DNA of 64,000 bases, taken from the NCBI GenBank assembly GCA_043819795.1, contig JBDREN010000071.1:1-64000 (forward strand), given 5' to 3'. Below, piece by piece: positions 40,696 through 49,653 of the stretch. The DNA comes from Elusimicrobiota bacterium (GTDB lineage: Bacteria; Elusimicrobiota; Elusimicrobia; UBA1565). The notes under the pieces are model-generated. The model saw nothing but the letters and a program-made list of their open reading frames with translations, had not been told where the DNA came from and did no database searches. A program made the position numbers and the translations under genes. Position 1 is the first letter of the stretch; each line of letters starts with the position of its first letter.

Positions 40696-41859
40696 TTACT
40701 TCACCATGACGTGGATCTGTAGGATCGGCAGGAGCATGGCCAGGACCATCAGCCCCACCATGCTTCCCACGCAGAGGATCATGGTCGGCTCCAGCATGGA
40801 GGTCACTAGCCGGACCGTCCTCTCGAAATCCTTTCCGTAGGCGGCGGCGACCTTCTCGAGCGAGCGCTCGAGCTTGCCCCCTTCCTCGCCCACGGCGATC
40901 ATGTGGCACACGAACTCGGGGAGATGGCCCTGGAGCCCGGCCGCCAGGCTCGAGCCGTTCTCCACGGCGTCGGCCGCCGTGTCGATCTGGGCCTGGAGCC
41001 GGGGGTGGCCGACGCTCTTCGAGACCACGCGCAGGGCCTCCATGAGGGGGACACCGTTGGCGACCAGCGTGGCGAGGGTCTGGGAAAAGCGGGCCACGGC
41101 GGCCTTGTACGCGATGGGCCCCCATACGGGCAGCCGCCATGCGATCCCTCCCTTGGGCCCCACCCTCCACCAAGCGGCGCCCACGAGAGTCAGGCCCAGC
41201 AGCCAGGCCCACCACGAGCCTCTCCAGTGGTTGCCGACGTCCAGCAGGAGCCGCGTGATCCAGGGCAGGCTCGCTCCCATCTCTCCGAACATCTCCCCGA
41301 GCTTCGGGATCACGAAGGTGAGCAGGAACCCGATGGTGCCCACGCCCACCAGGGCGACCAGCAGCGGATAGGCCGCGGCCGATTGGAGCCGGGAGCGGAA
41401 CTCGATCTCCTCCTCGTAGAACCCGGCCAGGCGGTCGAGGACCGTGGCCACGGCCCCGCCGAGCTCGCCCGCCTTGAGGACGCTGGTGTAGACCGGGGGG
41501 AAGACCGCCGGGTGGTCCGCCATGGCGGCGGAGAGCGCCTTCCCCTCCTTGACCTGCCCCTGGACCTCTCCCAGGAGGGTCGCGAAGCGCTTGTTCTCGG
41601 TCTGGCGCTGCAGCACCTCGAGGGCCTTCAGAAGCGGCAGGCCCGAGTCGAGGAGGTCCGAGAGGTGCCTGGTGAAGAGGGCGACGTCCGCCATCCGGAC
41701 GCGGCGGAAACGGGGGCGGGATTCCTCCTCCACCGCCACCGGGAAGTATCCCTGGTCGCGGATCATGTCCAGAGCCCTCTTGCGGCTGTCGGCCTCGACG
41801 ACGCCGCGCACCAGGCCCTGGGGGCCGCGCTTGGCGCGATAGGAGAACCTGGGGCTCAT
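40696..41859 (-). CDS. gspF: T2SS inner-membrane platform protein F
   Basis: 'LLDSGLPL', 'AGELGG', 'AAYP', 'VGEEGGKL' and 'LEP'. Confidence 0.92.
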   Translation of the reverse strand: MSPRFSYRAKRGPQGLVRGVVEADSRKRALDMIRDQGYFPVAVEEESRPRFRRVRMADVALFTRHLSDLLDSGLPLLKALEVLQRQTENKRFATLLGEVQGQVKEGKALSAAMADHPAVFPPVYTSVLKAGELGGAVATVLDRLAGFYEEEIEFRSRLQSAAAYPLLVALVGVGTIGFLLTFVIPKLGEMFGEMGASLPWITRLLLDVGNHWRGSWWAWLLGLTLVGAAWWRVGPKGGIAWRLPVWGPIAYKAAVARFSQTLATLVANGVPLMEALRVVSKSVGHPRLQAQIDTAADAVENGSSLAAGLQGHLPEFVCHMIAVGEEGGKLERSLEKVAAAYGKDFERTVRLVTSMLEPTMILCVGSMVGLMVLAMLLPILQIHVMVK

Positions 41860-41861
41860 GC

Positions 41862-43553
41862 CTAGAGATCCAACTCCGCGGCTTGCGTCACGCGCAGGAC
41901 TTCCTCGACCGTGGTCACGCCCTGCACGGCCTTGGCCCATCCGCTCTGCCGCAGCGTGCGCATCCCCTTCTTGACGGATTCCTCCTTAAGGAGGTTCGCT
42001 GGGGAGCGCTTCATCACGAGCTCCCGCAACGCCGCGTCCAGGGCCATCATCTCGTAGATGGACGTCCGGCCGCGGTAGCCGGTCCCGTTGCATTTCTCGC
42101 AGCCCGCGCCGCGGTAGAGCTTTGCCTTCGGCTTGCGCATGCCGAGGCCCCGGAGCTCCTGGGCCGATGGCTTGGCCGCCGTCTTGCAGTCCGGGCAGAT
42201 GAGCCGGACCAGCCGCTGGGCGATGACCGCGTGGATGCACGAGGCGACCAGGTAGGGCTCGACGCCGATGTCCAAAAGGCGCGTGACCGCTCCCGGCGCG
42301 TCGTTGGTGTGCAGCGTGGAGAATACGAGGTGGCCGGTCAGGGCCACCCGGATGGCGACCTCGGCCGTCTCGAAGTCGCGGATCTCGCCGACCATCATCA
42401 CGTCCGGGTCGTGCCGCAGCATGGAGCGCAGGCCCCGGGCGAAGGTCAGTCCGACCTTGGGCTGCACCTGGATCTGGGTGATGCCCCGCATCTCGTATTC
42501 GATGGGGTCCTCGATGGTCAGGATCTTCCGTTCGGTCTTGTTGATCTCCCTCAGGAAGGCGTAGAGGGTCGTGCTCTTGCCGCTGCCCGTGGGGCCGGTG
42601 AGCAGGATCATCCCGTGCGGTCGCCGGATGAGAGGGCGCAGGATCTCCAGGTCGCGCTCCTCGAAGCCGATGCCGTCGATCTTGACGAGCTGCAGGCCGC
42701 TCAAGAGGCGCAGGGTCACGCTCTCCCCGTATGGCGTGGGTACGGTGGCGAGCCGGATGTCCAGGTCCCGCCCTTCCATGCGCACGCGGAACCTGCCGTC
42801 CTGGGGCAGCATCTTCTCCGCGATGTCCAGGCTCGCCATGATCTTGATCCTGGACACGATGGCTTCCCGGAATCGCAGGATCGAGGATGGGATCCGGGTC
42901 TCATAGAGGACGCCGTCGACGCGGTGCCGGACCTGGAGCTGGTCCTTGAAGGGCTCCAAGTGGACGTCGGTGGCGCGGCGGAGGTAGGCGTCCCGGATGA
43001 GCTGGTTGACGAACTTCACGACCGAGGGCTCCTCGGTCTCGGGAGCGGCCTCCGACGCCTTCTCCTCGACGGCGACGGCGGACGGCTGTCCGGTCAGCTT
43101 CTCCAGGATCTCGGCGCCGACCCCGTAGTGCGTCTGGATGGCCTCCGCGACCTCCTTCCCGGTGGCCAGCACGGGGCGCAGCTCGTGCTTGAGCGCCAGC
43201 TGGATCTCGTCGAGCTTCAGAACGTCCTCCGGGTCCGAGAGGGCCACCGTGAGCACCGAGTCCTCCAGCTTGACGGGCATGAGGCGGTAGTGGTTGGCGT
43301 AGCGGGCCGGGACGGCCCGCAAGGCCTCCGGGTCGATCGCGGAGCCCTTCAGCCGCAGGAAGGGGATGCCCATCAGCTCCGACACGAGCTCGCGCAGGGT
43401 CCCTTCGGCCACCAGGCCTATGTCTACGAGTACCGCCTCGAAAGGCGTCTCGGAGTCCGTGCGCTCTTTCCAGGCGCGCGCCAGCTCGTCTTGAGTGAGG
43501 AGGCCCCGCTCCAGGAGGGCCTGATGGATGGTCTGCTCGTCGGGGATCTTCAC
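41862..43553 (-). CDS. gspE: GspE/PilB family assembly ATPase
   Basis: GPTGSGKST, TIEDPIE, DPDVMMVGEIRD, TGHLVFSTLH and the tetra-Cys motif. Confidence 0.94.
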   Translation of the reverse strand: MKIPDEQTIHQALLERGLLTQDELARAWKERTDSETPFEAVLVDIGLVAEGTLRELVSELMGIPFLRLKGSAIDPEALRAVPARYANHYRLMPVKLEDSVLTVALSDPEDVLKLDEIQLALKHELRPVLATGKEVAEAIQTHYGVGAEILEKLTGQPSAVAVEEKASEAAPETEEPSVVKFVNQLIRDAYLRRATDVHLEPFKDQLQVRHRVDGVLYETRIPSSILRFREAIVSRIKIMASLDIAEKMLPQDGRFRVRMEGRDLDIRLATVPTPYGESVTLRLLSGLQLVKIDGIGFEERDLEILRPLIRRPHGMILLTGPTGSGKSTTLYAFLREINKTERKILTIEDPIEYEMRGITQIQVQPKVGLTFARGLRSMLRHDPDVMMVGEIRDFETAEVAIRVALTGHLVFSTLHTNDAPGAVTRLLDIGVEPYLVASCIHAVIAQRLVRLICPDCKTAAKPSAQELRGLGMRKPKAKLYRGAGCEKCNGTGYRGRTSIYEMMALDAALRELVMKRSPANLLKEESVKKGMRTLRQSGWAKAVQGVTTVEEVLRVTQAAELDL

Positions 43554-45328
43554 CGGACCCGGGCCTCCTTGATCTTCGCGGCACCCGTGACGATGCGGGG
43601 GGTGAGGAAGATCACCAGCTCCGACTTGCGGATCTGCTCGCTCACGCTCTTGAAGAAGAACCCCAAAAGAGGGATCCGGCTCAGGATCGGGACGCGGTTG
43701 ACGTTCTTTTCCTTGCGGTCCTCGATCAGCCCGCCGATTACGAGGGTCGTGCCGTCCTGGATCATGACGCTGGTCTCGGCCTGGGATGTCCGCACGATGG
43801 GGATCGAGTTGCCCTGCGAGGTGGTGATGGTGTTGTTGACCGAGCTCACCTCGGGCTTCACCTTCATGGTGATGAAGCCGTCCTCGCCGATGATCGGGGT
43901 GACGAAGAGCTGGATCCCCACGTCCACGAAGGTCACCTGCTCCGAGGTGGTCGTGACTCCCGAGCCCCCGGGGTTGACCACCGTGGTCGTGACGAAGGCC
44001 TCCTTGGTGCCGACCAGGATCTTGGCCTCCTGGCCGTTGAGCGCCATGATGCGCGGCGAGGAGAGGAGGTTGGTCTCCCCCACGGTCTTGAGCATGCTCA
44101 AGGTGGCGGTAAACTCGTTGGGGGGGATGCTGCCGATGACGGCCTTGGTCCCTTTGGTCTCGGCGTCGGTGGAGCCCTGGCCGCCCGTGGGGATGACCTG
44201 GAGCGTGCTGAGAACCGAGGCCGTGATGTTGCGCTTATTGACCTCGTCGAAGACGTAGTTCCAGTTGACGCCGAACTGGTAGGCGTCCCCCAGCGAGACC
44301 TGCACGATCTTGGCCTCGATGAGGACCTCCTTATGGGGGACGTCGAAGGCCTCCACGATGCGGGCGATGTCCTCGATCCGCCTGGGGCTGTCCTTGACCA
44401 GTATCCGGTTCGTGCGCGCGTCCGCCTGGATGCTGCCCTGCGTGGGGCTCACCAGGGGCTTGATCTGCGCCACCACGTCCTCCACCTTGGCGTAGTTCAG
44501 GACGAATACCTTGGTCTCGGAGGGCGTGTCGATGGCCTCGAGCGCCTTCTTCATGGCGGCGATCCCCTCGGGGGTGTCCACCAGGATCAGGGTGTCCGAC
44601 CAGTCGGAGAGGAGGATCTCCCCCTGCTTGGACTTGATGCTGTCCAGAAGAATGCTCACCGGCTCCGTGTCCGCGTGCTCGAGGCGGACGACCTCGATGC
44701 GCCTGGAGGCTCCCACCCGGCGGCCGTAGAGCTTCTCGTATTCGGGCGCGGAGATCACCTCGATGACGTCCCCTTTGCGGACGTAGGCCAGGTCGTTGCT
44801 CTCCAGGACGGCGTCGAATGCGTCCCACAGGTCCACGCCCTTGAGGTACAGCGTGGCCTTGCCTCGCACCTTGGCCCCGGCCACGATGTTCATGCCTGTC
44901 TGCTGGGAGAAGATCTTGAATACCTCGTGGACGTCGAGGCCCCGCAGGTCCATCCGGAGGAGCTGGCCCTCGTCCGGTTTCCCTTCCTGCTTCTTTTCTT
45001 CGTCTTCGAGGATGATGGCCGTGTCGCCTCCCCGCGAGCCGCCCCGGCTCGTGGGCCGCCGTGTCGGCGTCGACCTCTGCCTGAGGACATCCTGGATCTG
45101 CCGCCGCCTGTCGGTCCCGGCGGGCGTCGGGGGGTGGGTGGGGGCGCGCCTCTGCTGGAGCCTCTCCATGCGCTGCCTCATCTGTTCTGCCGGGTCCGCG
45201 CCCGGATCGCCCATCGGCCCGGGATACCCGGGAGGAAGATCGTCGGGCTCCATCTGGGCGGCCAGAGGCCCCGCCAAGCCGGCCGTCATCACGAGGCTCA
45301 GCACGATCGCCGCGGCGTTTCTATTCAT
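43550..45328 (-). CDS. gspD: Secretin (GspD/PilQ family) with disordered N-terminal extension
   Basis: 'VLIEAKIV', 'LSSPRI', 'VGIQLFVTP', 'VPILSRIPLLGFFF' and 'ELVIFLTPRI'. Confidence 0.9.
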   Translation of the reverse strand: MNRNAAAIVLSLVMTAGLAGPLAAQMEPDDLPPGYPGPMGDPGADPAEQMRQRMERLQQRRAPTHPPTPAGTDRRRQIQDVLRQRSTPTRRPTSRGGSRGGDTAIILEDEEKKQEGKPDEGQLLRMDLRGLDVHEVFKIFSQQTGMNIVAGAKVRGKATLYLKGVDLWDAFDAVLESNDLAYVRKGDVIEVISAPEYEKLYGRRVGASRRIEVVRLEHADTEPVSILLDSIKSKQGEILLSDWSDTLILVDTPEGIAAMKKALEAIDTPSETKVFVLNYAKVEDVVAQIKPLVSPTQGSIQADARTNRILVKDSPRRIEDIARIVEAFDVPHKEVLIEAKIVQVSLGDAYQFGVNWNYVFDEVNKRNITASVLSTLQVIPTGGQGSTDAETKGTKAVIGSIPPNEFTATLSMLKTVGETNLLSSPRIMALNGQEAKILVGTKEAFVTTTVVNPGGSGVTTTSEQVTFVDVGIQLFVTPIIGEDGFITMKVKPEVSSVNNTITTSQGNSIPIVRTSQAETSVMIQDGTTLVIGGLIEDRKEKNVNRVPILSRIPLLGFFFKSVSEQIRKSELVIFLTPRIVTGAAKIKEARVR

Positions 45329-45340
45329 GGCTCCTCCGGA

Positions 45341-45958
45341 TCATAGAGAGAGCGTCACCTTGTCTCCGTCCTGCGTCAGCACGACCCTTCCCCCGCCGAC
45401 TTCCTCCACCTGCAGGCCCCGGATCGAGTCCCCCTTCCGTAGGTATTGGGTGACGCCGGCCTTCCTGTCCAGCACGACGGCCTGCATCCCGTCGCCCTCT
45501 CCCATAAAACCCATCAGGTTCAGGCCCTTGGCCCTCTGCGCGGCGGTGGGACCGGCCGGCTTATTTTCGATGATGACCGGACGGCGGGCGCCGAAGAGGT
45601 CTCGCGAGCGCACCGCCTTCACGTAGTAGGGATAACGGTGCCGGGCGGGATCGGACGCTTCCACGACGGGAGAGTCACTGGACGGAGCCGGCGCGTCGTG
45701 GTGCACCACGTCCTCGTTCCAAACGAAGAGGAAATAGCCGGCCGAGACCATCAGCGCCACGGCGATGAGCGCGTTCGCGGCCTTGAGCGGTTCGATGCGG
45801 TCTATCGCTCCCGCGACGGCCGCCTGCGCGGAGAAGAACGCGCCCGACAGGCGTCCGGCTCCCGATCGTAGCGTCTCCAGCCGTCCCGGCCGGCTTTTCG
45901 CGGGCGAGGGCCTGCGGATGAGGTCCAGGAGCTTGGCCTCGGGATGCTTGTCGTTCAC
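45341..45958 (-). CDS. GspC/PilP-like single-TM protein
   Basis: TM, 'RDLF', and HR-like beta domain 'LNLMG...LRKGDSI'; lies just upstream of the secretin. Confidence 0.65.
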   Translation of the reverse strand: MNDKHPEAKLLDLIRRPSPAKSRPGRLETLRSGAGRLSGAFFSAQAAVAGAIDRIEPLKAANALIAVALMVSAGYFLFVWNEDVVHHDAPAPSSDSPVVEASDPARHRYPYYVKAVRSRDLFGARRPVIIENKPAGPTAAQRAKGLNLMGFMGEGDGMQAVVLDRKAGVTQYLRKGDSIRGLQVEEVGGGRVVLTQDGDKVTLSL

Positions 45959-46773
45959 GCGAAGGCCGCCTCCTCCTTGAGTATCTGGCGGATGAATTCC
46001 GCGTCGGCCACCTTGCGGTCCCTCACGACCAGGTTCCTTAGGCAGTTGTGGGCCAGGTACGTCACCTTCCTCGGGTAGCCCTGGCTCGCGTGGTGGATGC
46101 CCTCCACGGCGCCGTCGGTGAACAGAGGGGGACCCTTGTGTTCCGCCACCTTGAGGCGGTATCGGATCATCTCGCCCGTCTCAGCCAGGTCCAGCGGGTT
46201 GATCAGGTACTTCATGCTCACCCGGTCCATGAAGTTGCGTATGCGCTTGAGCCGCGTGAGAATCTCGAGCTGGGCGACGATCACCAGCTGAAGGAGCTTG
46301 TACTCGTTGGTCTCGTAGTTGAGGAGGGTGCGGAGCAGCTCGATCAAGGAGGGGGTCAGGTTCTGGCCCTCGTCCACGAGGAGCACGACGGTCTTCCCCT
46401 CCTCGACCCCCTTCCGGAAGAGGTACTTCTCGATGACCTCCAGGCAGTCCTGGAGCGAGCGATGCGGGGGGGTCACGCGGAAGAGGCGGCAGAGGTAGTT
46501 GAGGAACTGAAACTCGGACTCGAAGCGGGGGTTGAGCACGAGGAAGACCTCGAACTTCTTCTCCTGGGAGAAGTTCTGGACCAAGGTCCGGCTCAGCGTG
46601 GTCTTGCCGGTCCCCACGTCCCCCAGCACCAGGCTCAGTCCGCGCCTGAGCCGGATGGATATCTCCAGCCGGCGCAGGGCCGACTCGTGCGCGTTGGAGC
46701 GGTAGAAGAAGGCCGGGTCGGGGCTCGTGGAAAAAGGCTCCCTCTTGAGGCCCAGCCGCTCGTAATAGCTCAC
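45955..46773 (-). CDS. ExeA/GspA-family AAA ATPase (no peptidoglycan-binding tail)
   Basis: 'GLKREPFSTSPDPAFFY', GDVGTGKT, LLVDEGQ and GYPR motifs; GTG start overlapping the MerR gene stop. Confidence 0.88.
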   Translation of the reverse strand: MSYYERLGLKREPFSTSPDPAFFYRSNAHESALRRLEISIRLRRGLSLVLGDVGTGKTTLSRTLVQNFSQEKKFEVFLVLNPRFESEFQFLNYLCRLFRVTPPHRSLQDCLEVIEKYLFRKGVEEGKTVVLLVDEGQNLTPSLIELLRTLLNYETNEYKLLQLVIVAQLEILTRLKRIRNFMDRVSMKYLINPLDLAETGEMIRYRLKVAEHKGPPLFTDGAVEGIHHASQGYPRKVTYLAHNCLRNLVVRDRKVADAEFIRQILKEEAAFA

Positions 46774-47003
46774 GGCTTCAGCCTCTTCTGGATGGACTTG
46801 ATCGAATGGCCCTGGCTGCGGAGCTCGCGGATCTCGTTGAGCCGCCTGAGGGCCTTGTCGTCGAAGAACCGGTAGTTCGTCTCCGGGCTTCTTCCGAATT
46901 CCTTGAGCAGCCCCAGATTGAGATAATAGTTGACCGTGTGGATGGAGTGGCCGCTCAACCGGGCCACGTCTTTGATGAGGTAGATGTTTTTGCTCTTTGT
47001 CAT
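46770..47003 (-). CDS. Small MerR-family HTH protein (77 aa, no sensor domain)
   Basis: 'IKDVARLSGHSIHTVNYYLNLGLL...NYRFF...IRELRSQGHSIKSI'. Confidence 0.85.
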   Translation of the reverse strand: MTKSKNIYLIKDVARLSGHSIHTVNYYLNLGLLKEFGRSPETNYRFFDDKALRRLNEIRELRSQGHSIKSIQKRLKP

Positions 47004-47005
47004 CT

Positions 47006-47023
47006 ACTCTATACCCATAGAGT
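47006..47023. promoter_or_regulatory. Candidate operator palindrome
   Basis: ACTCTAT-N4-ATAGAGT perfect inverted repeat 2 nt from the MerR ATG. Confidence 0.6.
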
Positions 47024-47031
47024 GAATGGTG

Positions 47032-47064
47032 AAAAAACAAAAAAAGCCGGCGCAAAGCGGCTCT
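47032..47064 (-). terminator. Terminator-like hairpin + U tract inside the Gsp operon leader
   Basis: AGAGCCG-CTTTGCGC-CGGCTTT followed by TTTTGTTTTTT. Confidence 0.5.
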
Positions 47065-47073
47065 ATTTCAATA

Positions 47074-47102
47074 AGTTTAACCCCTCGGAGCTCTCCTGTC
47101 AA
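47074..47102 (-). promoter_or_regulatory. sigma70 promoter of the Gsp operon
   Basis: TTGACA-17 bp-TAAACT. Confidence 0.75.
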
Positions 47103-47231
47103 GGCCCAAATCAGGCCCAAATCAGGAGGGGCGGAATCTCCTCGACGGGCTCTCCTCCGCGAGCCGGGGTCGGGCAAACCGCCCCGAGCGACGGATCTCC
47201 GCCGCCGGGGCCGAGGAGCGCTGCAGCCCGC

Positions 47232-47330
47232 TCAGAGTCCCGCGATCGAGTTCGTGGCGAAGGCCTTAAGGAGCTCCGCCTGTTCCTCGGTCAGCTTCTT
47301 GCCGCGTTGGGCGTTGACTTGATCGGAGAA
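47232..47330 (-). pseudogene. Start-less remnant encoding the end of a FIMAH-like helical domain
   Basis: FSDQVNAQRGKKLTEEQAELLKAFATNSIAGL* aligns with FANEVRAQSGKKLTPEQADEL in the 26663-28528 protein. Confidence 0.65.
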
Positions 47331-47343
47331 GCGGACGGAAGGG

Positions 47344-48294
47344 CTACAGGAAACGCCGCAGCAGGGAGTGGGGCCTGCGGTAGTCGAAGCGGTGGAGTCC
47401 CGCTTCGCGCGCGAGTTCTACGGCCCGGCGGTGCTCCTCCTGGGTCAGGCATCGCTGGATCTCGGCGAAGCGGTCGTCGTATTGCGCCGCGCCGGCCGGG
47501 TGGTACTGGTCCATGATGTTGACGTAGGTGTCGCAGGAGAGCTCCTCGGCGAGCCACTTAAAGATCTTCCCGGAGTCCTCCAAGCATCCCGGCATAACGA
47601 GGTGCCTGAGCAGGATCCCGCGCTGCGCGAGGTCCGTCTCCGCGTCGATCTTGAGGGGGCCGACTTGGCGGTGCATCTCCATGAGCGCCTCGCGCGCCCT
47701 GTCGGCGTAGTCTTCGGCTTTAAGGTACTTCCTGCACAGCTCCGGGTCCCAGAACTTGAAGTCCGGCATGTAGATGTCCGCCACGTCGTCCATGAGGCGC
47801 AGGCTCTCCACCGAGTCGTAGGCGCTGGTGTTGTAGACGAGCGGCAGCCGCAGGCCCTTCTCGGCGGCTATCAGGACGGCCTCCAGCACCTGCGGCACGA
47901 CGTGCTCCGGGGTCACGAAGTTGATGTTGTGGCAGCCCCGCTTCTGGAGTTCCAGGGCCATCCCCGCGATGGCTTCGGCTTCGACCCCCTCGCCCCGGCC
48001 CGCCTGCGAGATGTCCCAGTTCTGGCAGAACTGGCAGCGCAGGTTGCAGGCGGAGAAGAAGATCGTGCCGGAGCCGTTCCAGCCTCTGAGGACGTCCTCT
48101 TCTCCCAGGTGGGGGAAGCACGAGTCGACCCGCGCCTTGCGCCCCGTCTTGCAGGCGCCGATGTCGTCGCCCAGGCGGTCCACCTTGCAGTCGCGCGGGC
48201 AGGCTCTGCATGAGCGCAGGCCCTCGACGGCCTGCTCGACCTTTTCTCGGAGGCGGCCGGAGCGATAGGTATCCACGTACGCGGGGTAGGACAT
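47344..48294 (-). CDS. PflX-like radical SAM protein
   Basis: 'CRACPRDC', 'HLGEE...GSGTIFFSACNLRCQFCQN', 'NINFVTPEH' and 'RHLVMP'. Confidence 0.88.
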   Translation of the reverse strand: MSYPAYVDTYRSGRLREKVEQAVEGLRSCRACPRDCKVDRLGDDIGACKTGRKARVDSCFPHLGEEDVLRGWNGSGTIFFSACNLRCQFCQNWDISQAGRGEGVEAEAIAGMALELQKRGCHNINFVTPEHVVPQVLEAVLIAAEKGLRLPLVYNTSAYDSVESLRLMDDVADIYMPDFKFWDPELCRKYLKAEDYADRAREALMEMHRQVGPLKIDAETDLAQRGILLRHLVMPGCLEDSGKIFKWLAEELSCDTYVNIMDQYHPAGAAQYDDRFAEIQRCLTQEEHRRAVELAREAGLHRFDYRRPHSLLRRFL

Positions 48295-48333
48295 GTTCTT
48301 CCTAATTGTAGGCCGGCGCGTCGGGATTTGCCA

Positions 48334-48480
48334 GTCCTGTCGGCGGCCCCCCCACGGGGGGCTGCCCAAGTGGGGGGCCGATCGTCCTGTCGGCGGCCCC
48401 CCCCACGGGGGGCTGCCCAAGTAGGGGGGCGATTGTCCTGTCGGCGGCCCCCCCGCGGGGGGGCCGCCAATGTGGGGGGG
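48334..48480. repeat. Three tandem ~50-bp REP-like units
   Basis: GTCCTGTCGGCGGCCCCCCC(A/G)CGGGGGG units begin at 48334, 48384 and 48435. Confidence 0.92.
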
Positions 48481-48489
48481 CTGTCTGCC

Positions 48490-49588
48490 TCACGGAATAC
48501 GGCGCATGTCCACCGGCATGCGCCGGGCGCCCCAGTCCCCGGGCCGCGCTTCGAAGACTCCCGGCAGGCGTTCGCCGCAAGACGCGCAGCGGCCCTCGGC
48601 CGTCAGGCTCCACTCCGATAGCTCGTACCAGTCCCTGCCGATCAAAAGCCTGCCGCAGGCGCGGCAGTAGGTGCTCTGGCCGGAGGCGTCGTGCACGTTC
48701 CCCGTGTACACGTACCGGAGGCCGCGCGCGCGCGCGATCTCCCGCGCTCGGGTCAGCGTCCGGGGCGGCGTGGGGGGCTTGCCCAGCATGCGGAAGTCGG
48801 GATGGAAGGCGCTCAGGTGCAGCGGCACGTCCGGCCCCAGGTTGTCCATGAGCCAGCGCGCGAGCCTTTCGATATCCCGGTCCGAGTCGTTCTCGCCCGG
48901 GATGAGAAGAGTGGTTACCTCGAGCCAGACGTCCGTCTCCCTCCTCAAATAGACCAGGGTGTCGAGGACGGCCTCCAGACGGCCCTTGCAGAAGCGCTCG
49001 TAGAAGTCCTTGCTGAACGCTTTCAGGTCCACGTTGGCCGCGTCCATGTGGCCGAAGAGCTCGCGCCGCGGCTCCGGGAGGATGTAGCCCGCCGTGACGG
49101 CGACCGTCTTGAGGCCCCGCTTCCGGCAGGCTTGGGCCACGTCCACGGCGTATTCCATGAAGATGACCGGGTCGTTGTAGGTGAAGGCGACGCCGCGGCA
49201 GCCGAGCTCTTGCGCCACGCGGGCGATCTTCTCGGGGGGAGGCCTCGTCCGCCAAGGTGTCGGTCTCGCGCGACTTGCTGATGCCCCAGTTCTGGCAGAA
49301 GGCGCAGGCCAGGTTGCAGCCCGCCGTCCCGAACGAGAGGACCGCGGTGCCGGGCAGGAAATGGTCGAGGGGTTTCTTCTCGATCGGGTCGACGCAGAAG
49401 CCGCTGGAGCGGCCGTAGGTCGTCAGCTCCAGCCGGTCGCCGCGCCGGGCCCTGACGAAGCACAACCCCCGCTGCCCTTCCTTCAGCTTGCAGAGGCGCG
49501 GGCATACGTCGCACTGGATGCGCCCGTCGGCCAGCCGGCGCCAGTGCCTCGCTGGAGAGGAATCCCGCTCAAGACGCCCTTTCCCCAT
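48490..49588 (-). pseudogene. amrS: AmmeMemoRadiSam-system radical SAM enzyme, split by +1 in a homopolymer at 49234-49239 (probably a sequencing error)
   Basis: 'CDVCPRLC', 'DPIEKKPL' and 'GCNLACAFCQNW', then 'AFTYNDP', 'AANVDLK' and 'YVYTGNV' in another frame; removing one C gives ASPEKIARVAQ. Confidence 0.85.
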
Positions 49589-49653
49589 CTCCCCCACTCC
49601 CGGATGCGGCCCCGGCCCCGGCGACGGTCGCGGGACGCTCCGGCATCCGCGCT

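Noticed and set aside
47040..47200. c-di-GMP-I riboswitch (GGCAAAC and GCGCAAAG present)
   Set aside because: The motifs are in the wrong order and spacing, and on the strand opposite the operon.
48334..48480. CRISPR array
   Set aside because: Only three units, the intervening sequences are near-identical rather than unique spacers, and there are no cas genes; a REP-like tandem fits better.
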